Shown: positions 23,003 to 35,800 of the stretch, piece after piece | How positions within the stretch are numbered: position 1 is the stretch's first letter | Layout: every line of letters begins with the position of its first letter | Source of the DNA: Iphione sp. A-MEVVRFRX5 | Lineage: Eukaryota | NCBI GenBank assembly: GCA_976226885.1 | Contig: OZ320316.1 | Coordinates: forward strand, 84,816,001-84,880,000 | DNA: 64,000 nt | Direction of reading: 5' to 3' | Program-made: the position numbers and the translations under genes | The notes under the pieces: model-generated | Database searches by the model: none | The model's input: the letters and a program-made list of their open reading frames with translations, nothing else | What the model was told of the DNA's origin: nothing

Positions 23003-26000
23003 ATGACAACCTGTCACACATCATACAAGGCAGTGAATCAGACCGCCACCCATTTTTCATGCAGCCTATCATCTTGCTTTTTTGTTATCAGTTGCCACCT
23101 GGAATGTTTGCTTTGGAGAAATCCTACCGCAATGACCTCCCCACGAGACAAGAGAGCCCCGACAAAACGTTTGAAATGCATCTATTTTTGATAATGCAAA
23201 TGCAAATCATCTAACCGTCCATTAGTTTGGTCTTGGAGGTAGGAATGGGTTTGTGGAGACCAAAGCTGACAGTCAAAATGAAAACCATCACAAGAGAATC
23301 TGTCTGCATACATGTGCATGTATATACACATACACAGATATATGTAATTCAAAATTATTTATTTAGTATACTCGCATAGTGTCAGATGATTTATCGGATG
23401 AGCTAGTATTTGTAGAGAAAAGTTCTACATGTATATTAAATCGTAAAGTTTCGAGCAATTTGGTTTCGCACAAAACGCCAATACATCATTAAAATGTTGA
23501 TAGTCTATCTATTGTGAGGTTTGGAGAAACTGCAGATGTAAGTACATTCAGCCTTTTTTTGCTGGCACTTGTAGACGAAAATCGTGACAGGCTCGATAAT
23601 CAGACAGTGACAATTTATGTTAAGCTCAACAAAACGCTGTTATCATAATCATGCCATTCCTTTAATAGGCGTTCAAGTACAAATGCATGAAATAGTCACG
23701 ATCCTTATCAGCACGTCAAATGAATTGTTCAGTATGCTCAAGCTTTCCCGCTAATGGGACAGAAGAAAACAAAGACAATATCTGTGTAAGTCCGGAGGAA
23801 TCCAAGCCCGTCCTCACACACTACCTCCGCGTGGTGATGTTTGAATTTTGGATTTTACTCTGCAGAGTAAGTATAGTTTCTGTTTGAGGTTGGGCCGGAC
23901 ATAATACAGTAATTTATATTCTTTGTCGCTGAACCAGCTGTACATACCACTACAAATGTTTCATTTGAAAGAAAATTATCGTTTTCGTTTAAGCTAAGCC
24001 GTCATGCAAATGTCTACAAGCGTAGCATTTGTTTTTCTTCATAGGATATGCATCACCGTGTACTTTTCTAAAGCTTCACGCGGGAAGGCGTTTTACGCTA
24101 TGGAACTCAACCTGAAAGTCCCCACAACAGCAGTAGTCTATTTGGAACCACTTGACGTTTAGCCATAGGGTCTACCAAAATTAATGTAAATAGATAAGGA
24201 TTTACGGCTCGAGTATTGTCTTTGCCAGCGCCTTCTTCAACGTTCTCGAAATGAAAAGTTGAATGAATTCTGAGAAAGACCTCCACAATGTTTCTTTGTC
24301 ACCTTCCAACTCGAGTATGGTCACCGTTGCTAACCTGTCACCTCAGGGGCTCGCTTTCATTTACCATCAGCAAAATATCCATGCGTTCCAACTTTCGTGA
24401 AGGGAATTGTGCTATTGTGAAAACAAAAGCGATTTGTTGATCGTGCTACTGGAACGGAGAACCTTGCCGAGTGGGTTGCATCCAATACCTCTAGACTTCC
24501 TGCCAGTTTAGCGTCATTCACGGGTCAATACAATGTACAATGTACCTACTTTCCACACGCGCAGCCCATGAAAATTGTCTTATTACTAAACAAGCATTAT
24601 CAAACAATGACATTCTAGCTGCAATTCAGGAGAAATAAGCCTCATAAAAAGGCTTCATCCTGATCGCTATCTCAGGGAAAAAATCTTGTCGGTCATCTTT
24701 GAGATACTATCTACAACAGTCCAAAATTATTTTTCAAGGCTGTTCCGTCAACTGCTGCATGACAATGAATACCTGTGCTCTCGACCAAGAGCCGTTTGAC
24801 TATGTACAATCATTGATACATAAATTGGCTTCAGAGCCACTACACAACTATTAGCATTCATGTATGTTCAACGCTTATGCGAGACACTGTCATGCCTACT
24901 ATTGTGCTGCTCCTCTCCAAAGGTCAGAGGGTAGCGCTCCAAAAAGGCCCGTGCCGTTTTTAAAAACGATTAAACCAGAGGTTGTCGAGTCTCGGTTTCC
25001 TCGATAAGCCATCTAGAAGTGCTTATCTTTCGACGATAACTATCTAGAAAATGATGGACCATTAGAGTTAACAGCGAATATACATGGGAAGGGTGGCTCT
25101 CGCCTGACTGGGTCGACCCGCCGTTGTGACTGTCGGCCTCTGAGGCATTAATGCACAAAAGTCCTTGCCTGCCTGCTGCACAACATGGAGTCAAATAACA
25201 CAAGGAGTAGGCCGTTGCTCTATCAGCCTGTCCCTAAGATAGGTGCTTTTTTCATATACATGTATTCACCAAGATGCTAATCTTGGTTCTGTCCTGTGAT
25301 AAGAAGTAATAGTATAGAGGGTTCTTTTATCAAAAGACCGTAGAGGAACTGGGAAGTAAACAGACTAGATGAGCAAAACTCTACCGATGAACAAGATAAT
25401 AGGTCATAAAATTGGTCTATGGGAGCATAACGTCACTATTGCATATTCTTGTAGTATAATTCATTATATTTTTGTATCATCGCGGTGGTCTTATGTATCA
25501 GTTTGTGATTCGGCACCTTCAATGTATTGAGACCGTTTTTATTCCTAGTGTCATGACTTAAAATAGAATATAACCTAGCTAACAATTTTTAATCCCTTTT
25601 CAGGTCTGCTTTTTAAAAATATTACTGCACACACTCATGAATTTCTATTGTATTAACCAGCCGTGGCAGTCGCCAAAGTTATTTTCAGACCACTTCCACT
25701 GCCTATGTTATTCTACTCACAGCAACCTCATTACAAAGCCCACAGCGATATATGTTAATATCAAGCTCCACCTGCATGTTACACTACTTTTTCTGCACAC
25801 ATGTTCTGTGATTCCTTTCTATACCCTCCGTACTGGTTTTCTTTATTTCTGCCATAATCATATGTAGCAGTGCGGCTCTTTTGAAGTCAACATAGTATAT
25901 ATATATATTATGAAATAGTATATCTATTGTAAAGCTCTGCTTATTAACTCGGTTGCCACAAAACACCTTGCTACCTAAACGCACACGCACTAAGGGGAAA

Positions 26001-26768
26001 CACAGAGGGAAGGCAGGAATCCAACGACTGTCACCTGAACCCTGGCATGTCTCCTGGAATGCTTTTGTGGAATGGATTCTCACTGTCTGTATTGTCTGCT
26101 AACAATCGACAGACGCTGACACTATCACATGGTGTCAATAAACCAGCTATAGCGCTTGATCCCCTTAAAGAGAAAAAAACTTTCCGAAGAAAGAACGAAT
26201 CCGATCAATGAACTGTCGAAGGCAAATTTGCGACTCTATAGGGGATAGACATTCGTTTGCCTAACACGTATCATGGATATCAATTTAATCACCATTGTTA
26301 TTTTAATTCAGTCCCCTAGTGGGCATATACATCATTAAAAGTACGATTATACATCACTTAAGGTAAGCTCGTATTCTCTACTAATTATGATTCTACCTAA
26401 TGCGACCAGGAACCCAACAGAGGACAAGATGGCTCATTTAGTAAGCCAGCTGCAAAGAACGGGAAGCTCAAATAAAGCAAAGTCGAACGGACGCCATTTT
26501 TATATCCCTTTCCTCAGAGACGGACTACAATACGGGGGTTTTATTGCATGCTTGTTTAAATGCCTAACATAAAGACAACGTAATGATAACGTGTGAGAAA
26601 GAATCTCGCGTGACTGTTATATGTTGTGGTTTGGATCGTGATCAAATTGCAGAGTGATGGAGACGTTACACAGTTTGCTTCAAGAGTGGTATTTCAACGC
26701 GACCGGACATATCATGAGCTAGCGTAAAGGCGCATCACTCGTCTCTGCATCGGGATAGACTGCTTGCT

Positions 26769-26851
26769 GGGGGGGGGGGGGTTACAGAAAGGAAAGGAAT
26801 GCATCCCATTAAGTTCTGTATTTGTGTTTCTGTGTGTGTGTGGGGGGGGGG
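26769..26851 (+). repeat. Two poly-G tracts (G13 at 26769-26781, G10 at 26842-26851) with a short TG run
   Basis: Direct reading. Confidence 0.9.
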
Positions 26852-29800
26852 TCGGTAGTTGTGCCTGTGTTCATTTGTTAAGGGCAGATTTTGCATGCTT
26901 TGAGAAATTTTGCACAATCTCAAACATGATAGTCTCCGCATGTCTTGCAACTATTTTGCATTCGTGTCGGCGAAGAAAAACCCCACGAAATCTGAATATA
27001 CATAGATCATGCAAACCTTTCGTATATATTTCAATGATGTCACTACGCCACAGATGTTACCCTGTCCATTTATGTACATGCATCCACATGCCCATACATG
27101 CATCTGTATGAAAATGAACACGGTCGACTTGACCATTTAGACCCAACATCCATTTGCTTGTATCACTGGTGCCTTCGTTAACGTGTGTATGAAATAAACA
27201 ACTTTATTACTATAGTCAATGGGGAATATTCATCAGTGTGTTTGCATTAGGTGCATGAATGTGAGAAAAACTATTAATTTTCAAACACTGTTGATCCATC
27301 AATGAGCTAATAGCACAGAAATAGTCTTAAGGAGACATAACTAAGTTAGAGAGAATGTATGATCACCTCTAGAAATCAATATACTTTAGTTCGAATCTCA
27401 AATGGTCGTAATAATTATCAAGAATGGTCCGAAATCGATGCGGTCGTAAACAGGGTTTCGACTGAATTTATTCCAGAGATATGTATGCAAAAATGGTACA
27501 AACAGGAAAACATGAACATCGAACACCTGCATAGCACAAAATCTATGTTCTTCAAAGATATCAAACAAATCTGGTTAATTTTATTCAGACTCACTGTTTT
27601 CCAGACATATAAATACGCTTACGTACAATGGCACACACATTCACTATCTCCCCCTTCCCATATGCATTGCACCCCTATTTACATATCCTCCAAACCACTT
27701 TTTGTTTTAATTTGTTATGCCTGCATGGATCCACTGGCCTAAAGGTCCATAGATGTTAAATTGGGCCTTTGACATGTAGTACATGCTACCTTACTCCTTA
27801 CGTGCATGCATTGCCAGTGCATGTGCTGGGTACAGTGGGGACCCAAGCAAATTAAAAGTACGTGTATCTGCATGTTATGGACAACTGGGTAATATGCCTT
27901 ATAGGCAATGCACCATACCTGTATTAAATTTTACAAAAAGTCCACATGATACCGCGTGTGTGCATATATGCATGTGTATATACACAGACGGGTATCAGCA
28001 CATATGTAAATCAACCAGGGAATTTATGTCAATGTATGTATGCATTATATAGGTGATATACCTATCTATAGATGCATATATTAATAGACTGATCGCTTCT
28101 AGTGATTTGGCATATTGGTTGGCTAATAAGAGCGTGTCCCATGGGCAGGTTTTTCATGTATATAAATTCATGTTTTCAGATGTGTATTGTAGGAAAAATG
28201 GGACATATAACATACCGACTGTGTCTGGGAAGTCGATTGGCCAACCACTGGTTTTCGAGCATACACTTGCGTATCTGTTATGCCTGATACACTGATGTCA
28301 GTCATCAAGATGACCCCCAGGGATCACTGTTTATTATTCTAAATACATGTCTATAGCATTTTGTGGTGAGCGAAACCACAGCCGCAAAAGTGACAGTCAA
28401 TTTAAATGATGCACTTATGTACAAGTAGGAATTGTTTATACAGTTGCAAATAATTTTTTAGTCCAGATTACGCCAAATCCGTGACAATTTGTGTGAATCT
28501 CTCAGAAAACCAGAATATTTTGCTATCTTTGTGACTATGCTCTTTCGTTTTTTCTTCGAAGTAGACTACTGGGTCTAACTGTATTCTCAAGAAATTTCCT
28601 ATGCATTACGATCTTCATGTGTTCGTTTGCTAGTATCGCCGTAATGAACTGAACTACTTGGACAGGCCTGAGCGTGCCCATAAGCCATGTCTGTTTGCTA
28701 TTGCTTTAATAGCACCTATCCGGATCATCCGGACACACACACATAAATGCAGACACTAATTAGACTCCCTATATATCACAGACAGTTATTCTAAAATATT
28801 AAATCAAGGGAGAGGGACTGCTAAATACAATTGGATGGTCGGTAGGTCGGAAGGATGGCGGAGCAAACTACAGCATTCCTGAAGTCTCCTTCCAGGTGGG
28901 TGACTAATCAAATATATGTACGTGCAGTTTTTTGAATGACTCACTTTTGATCCAAAGTATGGCTTATTGAACCCTACTTGACAACAAATTTAAGGTGATC
29001 GCAAAAAACAGATTCAACTGTAATTCTTCGAAAGGTACAGTTCTGTGATACAAGGAACTGTATCCGCGTTTTTATTCCCATCACTATTTGACAACGCAAC
29101 TCAGTCTGGCTTATATTTGACACCTAAGAGATCGGTCGGTCACGAAGGACTCCGTGTAGACGTACTGGATCAGGTGTGGTCTAGTCAGACTCTCCATTCT
29201 GTTTCCCATAATACACTGACGCCCTGAGACCATGTCCGCAAAACTTCTACCATACTCTTCTTTCAGGTTTAGAGGCGATCTATGCCCTGAGGTGTTCTGC
29301 TCTTTTGACGGTGATGAATACAAACACATGTTGCATGAGCTTACTGATGTCTTATGTCCAGCCTGGAGTGTACACCAACGGTAAATCAAGCCGGCAACAG
29401 AAAGAATTACGGCGTCTTCGTCCACGTCCGCGAATGGCGCTTTTAGTTAAGTGCAGCCGGTGGACATGTATCTCTGTCTGGTGTTGAGCAACACCTGATA
29501 GTTTCTGACTCGATCTGGTGTCACGAGTGCCAATTGGAAACATCGGCCAGTGACGGATGCGGCTGCAGATTAACCTTGCTGGTGGAGGGGGTCCATGTCG
29601 AGGAGGGCCATGGGTTGACGTTGTTCCCCGCGGCAGGGTTCCAGACCCGGGGATTGCCTTGCTCCACTCCATCTGCACCCTGCAGTGAACGGGTGGTCTC
29701 TGGTATATTACCGACCATACCGATCATCTCGACCCGCTGCCCCCGGGACTGCTTCGGGACATATTGTCTGCTTCAGTCGCAGTGCGGCGGTCGGCACGTC

Positions 29801-32800
29801 CGTCCTCACTCTGGCGGTATATTTTGAAAGGCTGGGCATAGCTTGGAGGGGATTCGACAGCGCCCGCAAGCGAAGCAAGGATCTATAGCGCTCACATCCC
29901 CTTCTCGATGGCGTCAACCTGCGTTTCATCACTAAGAGCCTAAAGGTATTTCTGTAGCGTGGAGTATACTCTATCGCCATGGACATCATTACTCAAGCCG
30001 CCGTGTTTCCAAGTAGTTGTAAAAAAGATTATAAGGTCAAAGTGCGATTCTACTGTATATGTCAACATTATAATTGAAAGCTTTTCGCACTTTTCACAAA
30101 ACCCTCTGAAGCAAAATCATATTTACTTGGCAAAATATTGCACAAAAACATATCACGATACGTGTATATGCAAGCACACACTAATGTTTATGTGTATGAA
30201 TATTCCTGCACAAGACAATGCAATAAAGTGCATGATTGATTCACGTAAATTGATTATCATGCATGAATATCGTGAATATATAACTTATACTGTGTACTGC
30301 TTCAAGTGGTGCTCCATGGGGAATCATTTTACATTCTAGATGTGTACAGTCCAGATTGTAAAGTAAAATAAATGTCTCCAAAAATTATTGCGATCACGTA
30401 GTCTATCTGTAGGATAAACAAGTCACCCACCACACGTACTATGACACAATCAAATACAATAGAAGAAACAATGAAAACGAAGAAGAATGACCGATACGAT
30501 ATAAAGCGGAACAACCGTTCGGAGAGGAGAGCAGGAACAAAATATGAGGCAGTTCTTTTTTCCAGTAGAACACTATATGCATATGTCGTCGATAGAAATC
30601 AGCCCCACGGGCAATATCTAAAGTTTAAACTAGTCTGCAGCCTCATACATAATTTGGCCATACATCCTATGGGGGAATCAACTATGATTGCATGCGGTGG
30701 AATTTAGAGGGCCTTACCAGAATTCTGATGGGCAGCTACTATGAATTAAAATGCTCTTTGATTGCAATGACGCTCCATATGTAATTCTTCTCCTTAAATA
30801 TTATAAAATAAAAATGTGTTCACCTACGGAATTTTACTCTTCAGACGATGATCTAGGCAACGGGTTCTCACAATGTGCCTTTACAAATACCGGCCTGAGC
30901 TGCGTTGGTGTTTATCGCCACAGCTATAATCCGAATGCTGACTCAAAGGGCCACACAATATCCTCACGTGCTCCGGCTGAAGTTAGAGATCCGCCCGGTT
31001 TTGGTGTTTTGAATGGAGGAACCGCTCCACCGATCTACGGTGTTCTTCCGATGCCAGTTCTGACAGCCACGTGAATAGGTCGTAGTACAATCAAACACCA
31101 CCAGCCTTGCTTGTTTCAGAGAATAAAAGCATAATGGATGCCCAAATGGTACACTGCACGTCACTTGGGTCAGTATTTGCTTTCATTCCCCATGTTCATT
31201 CACGAAGCGTACTCAGCAAGCTGCTGTGGTTGGACAGAGCTTTAAAAGTGACCCCAGCCACACCGATCCAGCCGATGGGGTCTCCACCAGTGCACCTTAC
31301 ACCGTGGTTGCGGACAACCGAAGTGCCTGCGTTGGCGATGCGCCTGCCTGTTTGCCCGCTCGGGGGTTCACTTTGAGTGGTTGAGGACGCCTAGATGCAG
31401 CGTATAAGAAGGCGGGGTTTTAAGCCTTGATTGACAGGTTGACAGAACGCGCGACCCCGCTGGCGCTGTCCGGATCTAGCGGATGCTCCGAGTGGCAACG
31501 ATGTTGCTGTGCAGCGCCTAAAAGCAGCTGCCTTTTGTCGGGCGTCGACACCTGGCTGAGTAGCGACGGACATGCGTCGGACGCTCGACTGCCGACCCCT
31601 TTTGGCTGCCTGATGGTCGAAGCTCCCTGGTGTACCTCTCTCAGTGCAGATAGCGGGGCGGTTCGACGTCCACCAACGTCCATCCAGCTGCCTCGGGGCT
31701 CACAACAAAACCGCGGCATGGAAACCCCCTACCGGTTCCATGATTGCCACCCCCATTCATGCTGGGCCGAATTGAATTACCCTCAGGCAGTTTCAGGCTC
31801 CCACCTTCGAGGAAAATACAATTTACAGCCCGCGGAATTTTATTGAATAAAATCAAGACAGAATGGTTAAAACATCAAAACAACGTAGATGTGGCATTCC
31901 TAAAAAACAACCCATAAGAAATATCTCTGAAACTGTAGGGACTTTTGCAACAGTGATGAAAATGTGGCAGCAGAAGGAAAATATTTTCCATTTCATCCAT
32001 GGAACATTCTAATTATTCAGTTTTACTATAGTTACAATGTATTTGCTAATTATTGATCAGATGGTAGTTTAGTACTCTCCCGGTCCATTAGAGCAAGCAA
32101 AAATTGCCGGTCTCGTGTATAATGCAGTCGAAGCCTACGTGGAGACTGCTTAATTCACTACTACGGCTAGATCGAAACTCGTTTAGTGTGTTAATCTTGG
32201 CCAATATATTGATGAAAGGTGCCGTAAAGTCCACTAGAAAACGACAACCTGCTACTTTTTCTGTGAAGATAATGAACAATGGAGTGGCGTTATCAGTCGC
32301 CTGGCCTGTTAGCAAGGTGATTGATGTGAAAAGTTAACCCTTCGGAAAAAAAAACGTGATTTAGGTGAACTTATTCATAAACACATGAATGAACGACGGC
32401 AATTAATCCTCGTAGGGAGAGTTCCGTAATTCAAATGGATTCGAACGGCATTCGGTTCGGCAGTGACATCGGGTTGAAAATTGAAAGGACAATTAAAAAT
32501 AAAATTGTACTGTTGGCAAACCTATAATAACCAGAGAATTTCAGAGCCCTCAGTGTGTGTAGATACATGTATGTGAATGGGTTCCTTCCATACTGATTTA
32601 AAACTGAATTTATCGTGATTTTTATTTCTATTGAGTTACTTGCATTGATCTCGGCTCCTGTGTCATAGGTAGTCGCTTTACTCTGACGAACATTTACTCA
32701 TACAGCTTTATACTAATTTATTCTTGTTTATGGGGAGAATGGTATTGATAAAGGATTTCCCTTTGAGGAAATGGTGGATGCATTATATAGAAATCCCCAC

Positions 32801-35800
32801 AGTTGTATACACGCAGACAAGGTGAATGTCTTATGTTGCTGCATACGTAATAAAGAAAGTCCTATGCCTGCCTTAAGACCTCAAACGGATATCCTCGTTT
32901 GGACAAAACCAACAGGAATTGAGCAGCTAAAGGGCGCCTTACGAGAGAATAGCAAAATGGGCGCCTCGCAAGGAAGCGTGAACCGGAGGCGACCGTCCCT
33001 TGATCCGACTTAATCGTTCACCTATCGGTGCATCCATATCCGATTTATGAGGATTTTGGCCGAGTAAGTGGCGCGCCCGGCGCCAGCACCACCTATCAGA
33101 ATCATCCCACAGCAGTGCTGTTCGTCTGGGTCGCCAGTGGTCTTCCTTTCGGTCGGAGACGGCGAAATGGCCCGCGAGCTGCACGGGTTGAATCATTGAT
33201 GGCCTAAGGAGGTGGGGAGAGGCAACGAGTGGGCAGTGCGGTGCAGATCGCCGCCAGGTGCGCCCCGTGCGTCCGGGTTATCTCCTGGCCAGGGTCTCTT
33301 ATCACAGTCCTCCAGAGGGACGCTCCTGCTCGAGTGGTAGGGGAGATTTCTTCTCCATAGACATTAGAACCTGGGACTCCCTGTGAGGAGTTCTCATTGA
33401 GGCTCCAAAACAGCCTCAACCAACAAGATCAGCCCAAAGTTAGTACAGGCAGTTAAAACGGGTCCCCGCTAAGTATGGGTAGCCCCTTGTAAAAAAAAAA
33501 GCTACCTTTGCCCCGGTTACTCACCTAAGGGCACTTAAAAATACTAAAAACTTGCAGTGCTTGATGCATGAAAGCTGCTCTACAAAAACGTTCATTTCCT
33601 GTATGTTAGTTTTATCATGCAGAGGTCATCATGAAGAACACTTAAAAAGCGCCAGACGTTTAAAATCCTCTCCATGGAACACTTATCTTCGTACCGGGTT
33701 TCAGAAAAAATGCTGGAACTATTCATACGCTAAACACATCACGTTTTCAATTCCTAAATATATATACACACATATATAAACACCATATAATGTAGTTGTT
33801 CTTCCTATGTCGGAGACTCTTTAGGACATCATCTGGTCTAATTTAATTGTTCACTGTATGAAGGACATTTACCTAAGCTGGTTCACTTGAATAAACGTTT
33901 AGCTGGAAGGTATGAACGACACAGAAGAAAAAGAGCTCGACTAGAGAGAGCCAGTGAAACTTAGTCCCATTGGCAATAAGTCTCTACAGATAACAGTGTC
34001 CGGTCTACCAGTCCTGTGTCGCTCATCATGACATCGGTCTTCGGCTTAGTGATTTACTGATCGGCTCTAACCGACATTTTCCTTCTCGCCTTTGACCAGC
34101 CTTCTGCCTACGCTCCTACCTTATCTTGACTGTCCGTTAGCGTCTCTCCTAAGCACCCCTTCTCACTACCTCTCACTGGGAAGGGATAACCCTGACTGCC
34201 CGGCGTCCAAGAAAACGATGAACAGAACACCACTGACAAATAATTTTATCAACACAGAGGCCCATGCCTTGTGAGCCTCTGACAGCCGGCGCGTTAGTAA
34301 ATATTCCAACAAATTAGTCGGCTGTATCATGTTACCAAATTCAGATTCTAACAAGTGTTCTTTGCCTCGAGGATAACGTATACGATTACAAGAATGTTCT
34401 CTCTGACCATCAAGGCGGCCTACAGATGTTTGTGCCGGTACATTAACTATTTTCTGAATGTCCCTTTTGGCTTTGACCATAGTGTATTTAGCCGTTAAAT
34501 TTCAAATATTAGGGTGGCAAGTACCTTGAAAGTCCGAAAGAATCAAACCACTCTATTCAGAGCATAATTTAATTTTGACCAAAAATCCCCCTGCGAGTTA
34601 AATATTGAAGGGTCTTGTCATGCTGACCTCACAAGAGGCAGAGACAAACGAAGACAAACGACGGAAACTGGCACCTCCTATAAAAGTTACGTTTTTCTAC
34701 CAACAGGCATGCGGGCCACCATGTCAGTAATTGTTCCAACGTGTCTGCAGTTGTCAACATGTATTGGGGACCACCTACCAAATTACATTGCATAAGTAAC
34801 AAGCTGTAGAATATTTGTGAAAACAGGAAACGAACAGACATACCATCCCGAATAATATATAAATATGTATTATTTCACAGCAAGGCCAGGACCAATTATT
34901 ATTTACTGTATACATGTACATGTACACACTCTTGGATAGAGAAAGATCCTAACAACTTTATATTTCCACAGCAACGTATCTAGGTTTAGGCCACTATGCC
35001 ACATTCATTGACAGGAAGTAAAGTTCAGTTGGAAATATTACTCTTTTCCGTGAGTGTACCTTTAAGAGGTGCCTTCCATTGCTGTGACGAAGAACAGTAG
35101 TATGGTGGGACCTCGCCATGATTTGATTCTATCGGCATTCCTGTCAGATCGGTTCCACTGACTGCCAATCAGCGTTACGCATGAGTTATTCGGCCCTCCA
35201 AATAATTGTTTGAAAAACGGAGTCCCTTTCCCTCAACGTACTTGACCCAAGAAAAGACTAGCGACTGTCGGGACAATACCGAGCACTTGGACTCCTTTAA
35301 TTTGCCTGCGATTCACCCTGGCTTTTCGGCGAATGATGTGCGTTGGGCACGCTGTGTTTATATATGTGCGCCTGCGTGTGGATGCGCAGGCGAGATTGTC
35401 CTGCAACTTATCTGGAAGGAGTCAACTGTATCTTTTCACATGTCTGGTCAGATGAGGATCCGACTGTGCGCCATTTCTTCTGGTCGCTGTGGGAGGTGGC
35501 GGGGGTAGACCGTTGGAGGTTTTCAAAGCTATAAGGTCAGCCAATTACCTTTACTGGGTCACGGAGGTGGGGGTCCTTGCCTTCAGTCCGCGGCCCTTGA
35601 AATCTAGACGACTGGTGGGGTCAAATTGAAGTGAAACAGACAACATTTCACACTACTCCCTGCTCGCCTGCTTAGGGTGGGATTTGCCTTTTTGCTCCTT
35701 CACGTCCGCCACATTTGCTCGGCGCCCGTCCATCTTAGGCACTGCGGCTTGCCCCGAAGGCAAGAGAAGAAACACGTTGCTACAGACACGTGTGCGATTG

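Noticed and set aside
32437-32446. B-box-like GTTCGAATCC on the minus strand
   Set aside because: No A box at a suitable distance.
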